Of a DNA stretch of 34,999 nucleotides, positions 1 to 11,104 are shown piece by piece. The position numbers and the translations under genes were made by a program. Position 1 is the first letter of the stretch; the number at the start of each line of letters is the position of its first letter. The stretch is taken from the NCBI RefSeq assembly GCF_001194135.2, contig NC_068981.1, forward strand, positions 178,532,852 to 178,567,850. Reading direction: 5' to 3'. Under the pieces are notes generated by a model, which was given only the letters and a program-made list of their open reading frames with translations, was not told the DNA's origin and made no database searches. The stretch comes from Octopus bimaculoides. Lineage: Eukaryota.

Positions 1-447
1 CTCCTGGGGCTAAAAGCAACAGTAACATCCACCCCTAGGGGTCAGCCACACTTAAGTGGCAATATACTATATATATATATATATGGATGTATGTGCATAC
101 GTATGTGTGTGTGTATGTATTTGCCTTCTGCCAAATTTTGAAACCAATATATGTGTGTGCCTTTGTGTTTGTATTTCTATTTGTCCCACACCACCGCTTG
201 ACAACAGTATTAGTTTGTTTACACTACTGTAACTTAATAGTTATGCGAACAAGAATAAGTACTGACCTTAAAAAAAGTACTGGGATCAATTTGTTCGACG
301 AAGCCCTTCAAGGAGGTACTCCAGCATGTCCACTGTCCAATGACAGAAAGAAATAAAAGATAATAGACACTCAAAACATAGAAGCGTCTACAATACTCGA
401 GAACACGGCAACATCATCTTAAAAACACTACCTCTCCTACGCATATT

Positions 448-654
448 CGTTCCAAATATTGGCACGAAGCCAGCAATTTCGGTGTAGGGGGATTACATCG
501 ACCCCAGTGCTCAACGGGTACTTATTTTATCGACCTCGAAAGGATAAAAAGTAAAGTCGACCTCGGCGGAATTTGATCTCAGAACGCGAAGAAGGACGAA
601 ATGCCGCTTAGTATTTTTTCCGGCGTGCTAACGATTCTGCCAGATCGCCGCCTT
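448..654 (-). mobile_element. tRNA-derived SINE, family A
   Basis: Minus head aaggcggcgatctggcagaatcgttagcacgccgg (A box) and ctgagatcaaattccgcc (B box). Body shared with many other copies in this window. Confidence 0.8.
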
Positions 655-836
655 CCGTCGCTTACACATATTTATAGGATTATGTGGATTTACGTATGAC
701 TATTTCTATAAAACAGTGTTTCTCATTTTATTGTTATTAAGTATATACTCCACAGACATCAAATCTTCGCTTCTTTCAAACTTCGTTTTCAAGAAACATC
801 TTGAAGTTTAAATTTCCTCAGTGTATTGTTATAACA

Positions 837-888
837 TGTATGTATGTATGTATGTATGTATGTATGTATGTATGTATGTATGTATGTA
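837..888. repeat. (ATGT)n microsatellite
   Basis: Direct reading. Confidence 0.97.
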
Positions 889-1760
889 TACTATATTGCC
901 CTCTATGGATTTTTTTGCTGCTGTCACAGTTTTTTATTTTCTTAATTTTGTTCCAATTATTTTGCATGCTAACCATGGAAATGAAATTCATTTTTGCCAT
1001 ACATTAATACATAAACAGTCAATAGCTTTTGAAGTCTGTAAATTTTGGGTAATTTTAGCCAATCGAAAGCTACAGACATATTGCTGCCTGTTTCCATTGC
1101 AACAACCCAAACTGTAGTCTGCTTAAAACTACAACCATTTGTATTTTCTTTACCTGACGGATGCCCCTTCTCTGAACGTTTGTCATTTTCACCTGTTATT
1201 CTTGAGAAATGGATATTCTTTTTCCTCTCGATTCACAAGAGATAAGACCTACTTTTGCCTGTCTCTTGTCATAGCTCCTTTCTCCAGTGTTCACCACTTC
1301 ACCTTGTTATGGCTTAACAGCCCTCACTGTTTGTTTTTATTGTTTGTCATTACTGTCTTGTTTTTTGTTACCACTTTAATCTACCGCAAAAATCCCAAAT
1401 TTTATTTAGTTTGCTTTGAGGGAACGACTGTTTTAACGAAGTCGCGTCTTGTCCCAACATTCGAAATACGGAGTAGATAAAACAGGGAACAACTGATGAA
1501 GGGATTGTTCTTTATGCTGCCTGTCTCGTTTCTCTATTTGTTTCTTTCGTTATTCAAAAAAAGTTCGTTTTCCATGTTTTTGTTTTTTTATGTTCTCGTT
1601 CTTCATTTTGTTCACGTTTTTGGACGTCCTGTACCTATATATGCATGTATATATACATATATATGTAGGTATGTACATATATGAATGTATATATGCATAT
1701 ATATATATATTATTGGTTTATATATATGTATGTGTATACTATACATACATACACACAAAG

Positions 1761-1815
<55 letters not shown>

Positions 1816-2499
1816 NNNNNNNNNNNNNNNNNNNNNNNNNNNNNNNNNNNNNNNNNNNNNNNNNNNNNNNNNNNNNNNNNNNNNNNNNNNNNNNNNNNNN
1901 NNNNNNNNNNNNNNNNNNNNNNNNNNNNNNNNNNNNNNNNNNNNNNNNNNNNNNNNNNNNNNNNNNNNNNNNNNNNNNNNNNNNNNNNNNNNNNNNNNNN
2001 NNNNNNNNNNNNNNNNNNNNNNNNNNNNNNNNNNNNNNNNNNNNNNNNNNNNNNNNNNNNNNNNNNNNNNNNNNNNNNNNNNNNNNNNNNNNNNNNNNNN
2101 NNNNNNNNNNNNNNNNNNNNNNNNNNNNNNNNNNNNNNNNNNNNNNNNNNNNNNNNNNNNNNNNNNNNNNNNNNNNNNNNNNNNNNNNNNNNNNNNNNNN
2201 NNNNNNNNNNNNNNNNNNNNNNNNNNNNNNNNNNNNNNNNNNNNNNNNNNNNNNNNNNNNNNNNNNNNNNNNNNNNNNNNNNNNNNNNNNNNNNNNNNNN
2301 NNNNNNNNNNNNNNNNNNNNNNNNNNNNNNNNNNNNNNNNNNNNNNNNNNNNNNNNNNNNNNNNNNNNNNNNNNNNNNNNNNNNNNNNNNNNNNNNNNNN
2401 NNNNNNNNNNNNNNNNNNNNNNNNNNNNNNNNNNNNNNNNNNNNNNNNNNNNNNNNNNNNNNNNNNNNNNNNNNNNNNNNNNNNNNNNNNNNNNNNNNN
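1816..2499. other. Assembly gap (others: 10892-10901, 13592-14475, 20128-20345, 21625-21797, 23256-23468, 28012-28290, 29071-29220)
   Basis: Runs of N, almost all flanked by microsatellites. Confidence 1.
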
Positions 2500-2568
2500 A
2501 GTCTCTCAAAAATGCACTAGGCTTTCAGTTTTCTCGCCGATGTCTACGCCCTCCGTTGATATGCGCAA

Positions 2569-2661
2569 ACATCCATCCATCCATCCATCCATCCATCCAT
2601 CTATCCATCCATCCATCCATCCATCTATCCATCCATCCATCCATCCATCTATCCATCCATC
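2569..2661. repeat. (CATC)n microsatellite
   Basis: Direct reading. Confidence 0.97.
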
Positions 2662-3188
2662 CGGGTTTTCACAGTTTCTGTTCGTCAACCTTCATTCATT
2701 ATGCAAATTTGAGACCATAATTAAAGACACTTGCCCACATTCCTACAAAATCAGATCGATCTCAGAACCACGCGGTTGTTGAACAAACATTTTAACAACA
2801 CGGCTATGTCTAACTTTTCACGATTCTGCATTGATTTAAAGAATAAATTTCTTTAAGAACAAATTTCTTCTGGATATTTATTAATATTTTTCTCTAATTA
2901 AAACGTTAAATCATTTAAATTCCATTACTGATGTTTGTATGTCTGGATAGAGCAATTTTAAGCTTGTTACGGCAAACATAGCTTAAAATGGCTTCAAATT
3001 AATTAATCTTATTTGAAGCAAATTACTAGAATTATAAAGTTAATCTAATACCCCTTTGCTTTAATGTTTAAGAAAGAAACATGTTAAATACTGAATGTTG
3101 CTTTTATGAAATTATCAGAAAGAACAAATCTACTTGGTTTCTCTAAGAAATTAAGAACTATATCAGTTTATTCTCGATGTAATCTCCG

Positions 3189-3346
3189 CAGGCGTGGCTG
3201 TGTGGTAAGAAGTTTACTTCGCAACTAAGTGGTCTTGGGTTCAGTTCCACTGCACAGCACCTTGAGCAAGTGTCTTCCACTGTAGCACCGGGCTGATCAA
3301 AGACACGTGAGTAGATTTGGTACATGGAAACTGAAAGAAGCCCGTC

Positions 3347-3400
<54 letters not shown>

Positions 3401-3540
3401 ATGTGTTTGCCCCCAATTCTGCTCGACAACCGGTGTAGGTTTGTTTATGTCCTTGCAGCTAAGCAGTTCAGCAAAAGAACCGTTCAAAACGGTACCCCAG
3501 CATGGGTTGCAGGCCAAATACTGAATCAAGTAAAAGGCAA
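3189..3540 (+). mobile_element. tRNA-derived SINE, family B (internal (TA)n/(TG)n)
   Basis: ggcgtggctgtgtggtaagaag (A box), gggttcagttccactgc (B box), caccttgagcaagtgtctt core, ...gaaagaagcccgtcg(ta)n...ccagcatgg...aagtaaaag. Confidence 0.8.
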
Positions 3541-3569
3541 AAGGCTATTTATTTTCATTGACCACACAC

Positions 3570-3840
3570 AGTTTGATTGAGATCCTCAACTAACCGAAAT
3601 CCTCATTTACGTGTCAACGAGGAGGCCTCTATATAATTATTTGACCCGTTCGAAAAAAGAATCGAATCTCCATCAAACCGTATCTTAAGGGTTTTTTTTA
3701 AATTTTCAAAATATGGAAGAACTTTGAACATATGTTGTCCGAGATATACTATGCCTGAAAAATGACAGGTGATTGCTGGAATGCCTTTTGATTTTTGGTC
3801 GGCTTGATCATAGTTGACCTGGAGCTAAATGACAATAACT
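3570..3840 (+). repeat. Interspersed repeat family E (unclassified; further copies about 5010-5250 plus and 15225-15450 minus)
   Basis: Shared aacgagga.gcctct...aaatctcc...aaaaagga...aatg.cttttgatcata...gacctgg.gctaaa(caa)n backbone in three places. Confidence 0.6.
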
Positions 3841-6678
3841 ATAATCATTACTAATTTACTTCTTGTCATCAAGTAATTTAATTATGAATTAATTGTGTCA
3901 GTACTCATCTTTAAATACTGCGTATTCTTGTTTAACACATTAAAAATTCCCGAGTCATTCGATAGCCTTACCAGTCGCCTTTATACATATTTCTAAGAGA
4001 TCGAAAGTCTCAACTCAAACCAGGTTTCTTCTTTAGATAGAACCAATTTTCATTGTTACCAACATTACTAAGCGGGAGTGACCGAGTTAATATTGAGTAG
4101 TATATACCCAGCCGAGTGGCCGCCGTCATATCTGCCGGGAGTCCATGGTCAATGCATTTAACTTTCAAAATGACACAATCCACTTTATTAAAATTTGTAG
4201 GGTAGAAGCAATCCCATCGCTTTAAGCAGCGGTAACGATGCACAATTGACAAGTGGGACGTTACTTTGTAGTATCAAGTTCAAGATCTCAATCCCAGAAC
4301 AGAGTTTCTCAGCCTTTTCTGTCCACCTTATTATTGGATTCATACTCCGGTTCTGATTACCGTTGTGTGTATGTGTGTGTGTACAGACCATTCCACGAAA
4401 AGTAATCACGCACTTCCTCGGCTCCTTGAGACAACCACGAAATTTATAGCCGCTGGTTGACGATATACATACATTAAGAATTTGTATCATGTTACTACGG
4501 GATTTACATTAAGTTCTAATGATTTATAAAGCATTTTAAATACTTTTATTTATTTGAAAATTAACGAAGCAGCAACCACCAAGGAAAATGAAAGAAAAAA
4601 ATATAAGTAAAACAAATTTTCCATACATCTTAATTTGATGATTTTTTTTATTGGTGAAAACAAAGTTTATCTTTATTTGGGTACATTAAATTTTAATAAC
4701 GAGTCCAATTAACGCCTTAGAAACAAGAGACGGCAATTTTTCAATTTTTATAATGAAGTGTTTCAAACTGACTGCCATACTTGGTTTGAAATTTAAGTCG
4801 TGTACGATATCTTATGTCATAGTACTGCAAGAGAGCATACATAGCCCAGCCCACACGCAACCTTCGGCAATACACAACTCGTAACCACTGCCTTTTATTA
4901 AATAATTTTAAATGAAAACTATTTTTTGTTGAGTAATTCTTATTTCTACCTTTCGAGTTCGCATTAGTATTTTAGTTGCATTTTACCAGCATCGTTTCAT
5001 CATTTAATGCTGTAATCCATGGATCTCGAATACGTCATGGTGACTCTTACACAAATACAGGGCTTACCCCTACATTTAACTCAATACGAAACAACGAGGA
5101 AGCCTCTAAGTCCCTCGACTTGTTAGAAGTAACTGCAAAAACTTCTTCAAACAACACCTTATCTTTTTAAAAAGGAAACGTCACATTGAAAAATATAGTT
5201 CTAGATATGTTACAAAAATGGTGTGCCGATCATAACTGAAATGTTTTTGATCATAAAACTGGTCCACGAGAATTAACTCTGGATTACACAACAACAACTT
5301 ACCTCAATGTAGCGCTGGTGCAGAATTTAGAGAATACCGGAAGCTTAAATGGCTACGTCGCTCCAACATAACTCAAATTTATCATAGAATCACCAGCAAA
5401 TTTTCTGTTTAGAAGAGCTTCTTAGAGGTTCCATCCCAAGTAGGCTACATGATGATCTCTGTTCTGTAGCAGATGCAGTGATGAAATTTTCGGTAGGTAT
5501 TGATTAGTCTGAGAAGTTAGTATGTGATTGATTAGGCTCTTAATCTGTGGAAGATTAATGTCTTCTGTTTGCACAACACTTGGTAGAACATAATTTGATA
5601 AGACTTTCTGTAGATATTTACCTATGCATCATTTATGATTACCGAGATATTTCGCAAGGAAGGTGCAGTCAACCTATATGCTTTTTAGCTAATAGTTGTT
5701 TATTAACGGAAATATATTTGCCATCTCCAAAACTGAAGTAAGTTATTTAAATCATGATTTATGCTCAACTCGGTTTAATATTTATAAAGATGTTCATTCT
5801 AGTATGAATACCAATCAGTTAAAATTAAATATCACTTGCGTTTAATTTAGGGACGAAAGTATTGCTTTTTGTACTCTACTACCAAAAAAAGAAATAAAAA
5901 CGTGGCAGATATTATAACAGAACAGTAGTATAAGTCTTGAGAAAAATATGAAGAGTGAGGTAAATCTCAGTGGAATTTGAACTTAGAAAGGAAAGGAACG
6001 TAACGAATTACCACAAAAAGTTTAATCCTCTAATTTAACGTTTCTGTCAGAAAACCTCATCTAAACTCTTATAGATTCATATTCTAAATTAAATTAATCT
6101 TCTAATTTAACGCTATAGATTCATATTCTAAATTAAATCCAGAAACTACCTCAAGTGAATCCCTTCAGAAACGTTTTAAGCCAATTTTTTTGCTGATATT
6201 TAAATGACTTAATCTTTGCTTACTTTTGCAGGAAGGCTGAAAGTGAAACTGGCTCAGATTTCGTTCTCTCCTCGAGATAGTTGGACGAATCTAAACTCAA
6301 TGTAGTGTAATTTCAATTTAAAAATTCAGATGCACACTCATAATCCCATGAATGAAAATCGGTAAGAATTCTTCTAAAGTTTATGTTTCATGTTTCGCAG
6401 AGATGCAGTTTATACATTTTTCTGTTACCAGGAAAAAATTGCCCTTTAAAATGACTTAAGAAACAAAAGAAAAATGAAAACATACAAATCTATCTATCTA
6501 TCCATCTGCCTGCATAACTGCGCGTTCACACTCAATTTAAATCGAATAAAGAGAAGTTAGCACAAAGCAGGTACAAGTTGGTACAACTATAGTAAAATAG
6601 TGACACAGTAATTGTTTAATGCAGCTACATTCTCGATAAAGTGTTGGTATGATGCAGTCAAAATACTGGCATAATAAT

Positions 6679-7099
6679 CTTTTCTACTCTAGGCACAAGG
6701 TCCGAAATTTAGGGGGAAAGGCCAGTCGATTAGATCGAATCCAGTAAGCAACTGGTACTTAATTTATCGACTCCAAAAAGATGAAAGGCAAAGTCGACCT
6801 CGGCGGAATTTGAATTCAGAACGTAAAGCCAGACGAAATACCGCTAAGCATTTTGTCCGGCGTGCTAACGTTTCTTATTTCTTTATTGCCCACAAGGGGT
6901 TAAACATAGAGGGGGAACAAACAAGGACAGACAAACGGATTAAGTCGATTGCATCGACACCAGTGCGTAACTGGTACTTAATTTTGCGACCCCGAAAGGA
7001 TGAAAGGCAAAGTCGACCTCGGCGGAATTTGAACTCAGAACGTAACAACAGACGAAATACGGCTAAGCATTTCGCCCGGCGTGCTAACGTTTCTGCCTT
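6679..7099 (-). mobile_element. Two tandem family-A SINE units (6679-6874 and 6875-7099) inside one 17-bp TSD
   Basis: Both units carry ...gtcgacctcggcggaatttgaa.tcagaacgtaa...gtgctaacgtttct. aatactggcataataat occurs at 6662-6678 and 7100-7116. Confidence 0.85.
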
Positions 7100-7352
7100 A
7101 ATACTGGCATAATAATGCTATCCAAATGTTGTGACACTTTCAAGGCGACCGCAAGGATAACATCGAAAAATATTTTACCAAAGATGCCTCGATTTTTTCT
7201 GGAAAAGAAATATAAACAAAATGTACTCTTTGTTGAATCACCGGTTACCTACATATGTCTTTTATTTGACAAGACCAGATTGTAAATGTTGCTGTAGTAC
7301 ACATTTTTGTATTTGCTTTAAGTCACACAGCAGTTACTAATTTTGAACATTT

Positions 7353-7523
7353 TTATGCACATTATTTACATTATTTATATTTGACGGATATTTGTCCTCA
7401 TCTTGTTTGTTGTTAAACAGAACGTTTCGGCTGATATACCTTCCAGTCTTTATCAGGTGTCTTGGGGAAACAAGATGAGGACAAATATCCGTCAAATATA
7501 AATAATGTAAATAATGTACATAA
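7353..7523. repeat. Near-perfect inverted repeat (56-bp arms, one mismatch, 59-nt loop)
   Basis: 7353-7408 ttatgcacattatttacattatttatatttgacggatatttgtcctcatcttgttt is the reverse complement of 7468-7523 except at one base. Confidence 0.95.
7415..7462 (-). ncRNA. Decayed minimal type I hammerhead ribozyme in a Penelope-like remnant
   Basis: Minus strand AGACAC-CTGATAA-A-GACTG(gaaggtatat)CAGCC-GAA-ACGT-T-CTGTTT. Palindromic helix III ACGU. Three lesions: G8>A in the core, an A-C mismatch in helix II, and a C-C pair at the base of helix I. Probably inactive. Confidence 0.55.
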
Positions 7524-7604
7524 TTCCTCATCTCTTAAATATAGATCTGTATTTTTATGCACGTTTTCCAAGATATAGTTTATTTCTTTAGAAATCTTGA
7601 ATCA

Positions 7605-7950
7605 TAATTTCTATCATAGGCACAGACCAGGCCTCCTGGTAGTGGTGGTGAGGATAGGGTAGTCGTTCATGTCAATATTAGTAGACTGGTACTTTATTTC
7701 CTCGATTTCAGAATGACGAAAAGCAAAGTCGACCTCAGCGAGATTTGATATCAGGACATGAAGTGCCGTAACTAAATATCGCAAGGCAGTTTGTCCAGTG
7801 ATCCAACGTCTCTGGCAAATAATAATTTCTTACACAGGTACGAACTCAGGTATTTGAGGGGACAATCGATTAAATCAGAGCATAAAGAGTCGGAAGAAAT
7901 TCCGCTAAGCATTTTGTCCGACATGCTAATGGCTCCGCCAGCTCACCACC

Positions 7951-7951
<1 letters not shown>
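7605..7951 (-). mobile_element. Two decayed family-A SINE copies
   Basis: aaagtcgacctcagcgagatttga...; ccgctaagcattttgtccgacatgctaatggctccgccagctcaccacc is the SINE head, abutting (TAA)n. Confidence 0.65.
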
Positions 7952-7994
<43 letters not shown>

Positions 7995-7996
<2 letters not shown>

Positions 7997-8460
7997 ATGT
8001 CTCTGTCTCCTTAGGAATGAAGGTGATCGTCTATAACCCGTAGGAATACAGGCGGCAGAGGTCTCATTTCACTTGAAATGTCCTTTAAAACAACTACCAT
8101 CGATCTTGAAACATACCTTGATATTACAACTGGCTGGATGTTGATCTTGACAAAGAAACCATGAAAATAAAAGATCTAAATACCCTGTCACAGAAAAAGG
8201 TTAAAACGAAACGAGCTTAGTTTAGAAAACCTACGCTGCAAAATTAATCGAAAGAAAAACAAAACCGAAGTACTGGAAACGAGTAAAACAATGTTGATAC
8301 GATAAGCCTTTACACGGCCAATATCTAGCATGCACTGCGAAGCTGATGTTCACAAATTTCTCATTCATCAATGATTGCAAAGTGCCGGGTTAAAGGCAGA
8401 AATTAACGGGTTTATCCTCACAGCACAAGACTAATCCTTATCAATCCGCAATTACATATA
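7995..8460 (+). mobile_element. R4/Dong-clade non-LTR retrotransposon fragment (post-RT region), frameshifted
   Basis: Translates with frameshifts and stops to ...PRNTGGRGLISLEMSFKTTTIDLETYL...KPLHGQYL...HQ*LQSAGLKAEINGFILTAQD*SL, matching the R4/Dong RLYLPRxxGGRGL...LHG...WL..GLK.ETEGFI.AAQDQ.L motifs. It starts directly after (TAA)n at 7952-7994. Confidence 0.75.
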
Positions 8461-9484
8461 TTTAGGAACATGTAGTGGAATTTCAGAAAACTTATTCTCA
8501 TTTCTCTAAGAATGCACCTCGAAGTCTTAGTTTGTCGTTACTAGTTATTAATCACTTGAAATAATTACCAAAGGACTTTGTTGATGATTATACGAATGGC
8601 AAAGTATACCCTTATCGTAAGTGGCTATAAAATAAGCATAAAATGTATTAGGACTCCATAGTTTACACTGTGTAACACGGTTTTTGTCCTTGATTAGCAA
8701 CTTTTATTTTCTATTTGCTTTCCCCTAGAAAGTATGAAAAATGGTTTATATTTCCTTCAAACTTTGCTTTTGCTACATTTATTCAAACCCCAAAGGATCC
8801 CTCACAGCACATGGCCATGATTCTCCCCAACTACTCCTGTTCATGATCAGAGATGCACGCACTTTCAGCCACTAAGGGACATGCTCAACCAGTTAAGGTC
8901 AAGCAATTGACAAGCAAATCTGTGGTATTGAACAGAATATTTGCTATAACGATATTTCTGTTTCAGCAACTCAGCACTGAATCTGTCTGAAATGTAGTGG
9001 AAAATAGGTCAGTTTCAAAACACTGATATCCAGGTCACAAAAGCAACATTTGAAGGGAGTAACAATAATTTCCTTTGATTTCTAGATAGAAGCAACTGAG
9101 AGCTAGTACTTACTGGCCAAAGAGAGAAAAAAAGAAAAAAAATTACTACACAGTGTTATTAATCATTTGGAATAATCATCAAAGGATTTTGTTGTTGATG
9201 ATGATAAGTGGCGAATAAAATAAGCATAAAATGCAATAAGACTACATCGATTATAAATTGTCCTTAAATATGGCAAATAGGTTCTAAGACCAAGAAAAAG
9301 AATATGATGATGTTGTGTTGATGAGTTCCTTATATAGACATCTAGCTAAAAATATATAAGTTTGAAAGCTTTAACGGCCATTGTTTTCTCAGGGGAACTC
9401 ATATGAAATTATATTAATAATATTCTAAATCAAATCGCAGATGCTCTCTTCTCAGAATTTCCTTCTATATTATGAATCTTCAAT

Positions 9485-9633
9485 CTTAGCGGTATTTCGC
9501 CCGTCACTACGTTCTGAGTTCAAATCCGCCAAGTGCGACTTTGCCTTTCATCCTTTCAGATGAACACTGGGGTCGATGTAATCGACTAGTCCCCTCCCCA
9601 ACAATTTCAGATCTTGTGTCTATAATAGAAAAG
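9485..9633 (+). mobile_element. 5'-truncated, internally deleted family-A SINE with 16-bp TSD
   Basis: B box ctgagttcaaatcc. The element is flanked by attatgaatcttcaat at 9469-9484 and 9634-9649. Confidence 0.85.
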
Positions 9634-9664
9634 ATTATGAATCTTCAATAATAACAAGAACAAT

Positions 9665-9988
9665 AATGTTTCAAATTTTGGCACAAAGCCCCAGCAATTT
9701 TAGGGGGAGATGGTTATTCGATTATGTCGCTCCTCTTCTAGTACTTGACTGGTACTTTATTTATCGACTCCAAAAGGATGAAATGCAAAGTTAACCTGGG
9801 CGGGACTTGAACTCAGAACGCATTGAGCCGGAAGAAATGTCGCTAAGCATTTTCCCGACGCTTTGCTGACTATAATAATCCTTTTTACTATAGGAGTAAG
9901 GACAACTATTTTCAGGGTAGGGACTAGTCGAAACCACTGACTCCGGTACATGACTGATGCTTCATTTTATCGACTCCGGAAGGATAAG
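9665..9988 (-). mobile_element. One near-full and one partial family-A SINE
   Basis: ggcacaaag...ttatcgactccaaaaggatgaaatgcaaag...gaactcagaacg...gctaagcat. The second copy is cut off at gaaggataa, where the Dong fragment starts. Confidence 0.7.
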
Positions 9989-10840
9989 AGGGAATGCATG
10001 GTAGATTCCCAAAGATATTTTCAGGAAACAGTAGTAGTGAGACATGGTTATAGTTGTAGAAAGGAGAGCTGAAGAGGGAGACAGAAAGTTTGTTAGTGGC
10101 TGCACAAGATCAAGCATTAAGGACTAATTGGATAAAAGCCAAAATAGACAAAAACCAAGTAGATTCCCAATGTAGATTATGCAAATCAAAAGTGGAAAGC
10201 ATTACTCATATAGTAAGTGAACGTAGCATACTGGCATAGAAAGAATACAAGAAAAGACATGACAAACTAGGGAGAGCAATCCACTGGGAGCTTTATAGAA
10301 AGCTAGGATTTGAACATACTGATAAATGGTTTGAACATGAACCTAGTAAAGTACTAGAAAGTAAGAAATATAAGTTGCTGTGGGTCTTTAACATTCAGAC
10401 TGACAGAGTAATAGAGGCTAGAATGCCTGATTTGGTAGTCGTAGATAAGGAGAATAGAAAGTGCCAGATAATTGACTTTACAGTCCCCAATCATGAAAAA
10501 AATTAATATGAGGAGTATAAAATAAATAGCAAAGTACCAGGACCTAGCTATTGAATTACAGAGACTATGGAAAGTGCGGGTAAAATGTATCCCAGTAGTT
10601 ATGGGTGCATTGGGAACTATCCCTAAAGATCTGAACAGATGGATAGAGGAAATAGGCGTAAAACCCAGTTTAGTACAGCTCCAGAAAACAGTGTTATTAG
10701 GAACAGCTAGGATACTTAGAAGGGTTCTTGGCATCTAAGGCTACTTGTTGTAACCTAATAGGAAGGTCCTCGGCATCTAAGGCTACTTGTCGCTCGTTGC
10801 TACGATTCTTTTCTTTTCCAACAGTCTAATCTGTTGAGTG

Positions 10841-10841
<1 letters not shown>
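9989..10841 (+). mobile_element. R4/Dong-clade LINE 3' fragment: zinc knuckle, restriction-like endonuclease, 3' UTR, followed by (TAA)n
   Basis: MHGRF...KGELKRETESLLVAAQDQALRTN...CRLCKSKVESITHIVSER (CCHC, last C>R)...RHDKLGRAIHWEL...EARMPDLVVVDKENRKCQIIDF...KYQDLAIELQRLWK...IPVVMGALGTIP...LQKTVLLGTARILRRVLGI* (stop 10736-10738). It has internal stops and one frameshift near 10520. A (TAA)n tail or target follows at 10842-10962. Confidence 0.92.
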
Positions 10842-10891
<50 letters not shown>

Positions 10892-10901
10892 NNNNNNNNN
10901 N

Positions 10902-10936
<35 letters not shown>

Positions 10937-11104
10937 GTAATAATAATAATAATAATAATAATGATGATAATAATAACAACAATAATAATAATGATGACCA
11001 TTATCATCATCAACATTGATCATTATCATCATCAACATTTCAAGAACGTTAGTTTATTTAAAATTCAAACAGTTTTATTTGTACCGAGTCTATCGTGAAG
11101 ATCA

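Noticed and set aside
1485-1540. ctgatgaagg...cctg as a fourth hammerhead
   Set aside because: The GAAA half of the core and helices I and III are absent.
4010-4490. Non-repetitive-looking ORFs of 80-100 aa
   Set aside because: No recognisable domain and no convincing paired splice sites.
5370-5570. Possible sixth, very old Dong C-terminal fragment on minus (TNQYLPKISSLHLLQN...VAYLG)
   Set aside because: Too few conserved residues to separate from chance without an HMM search.
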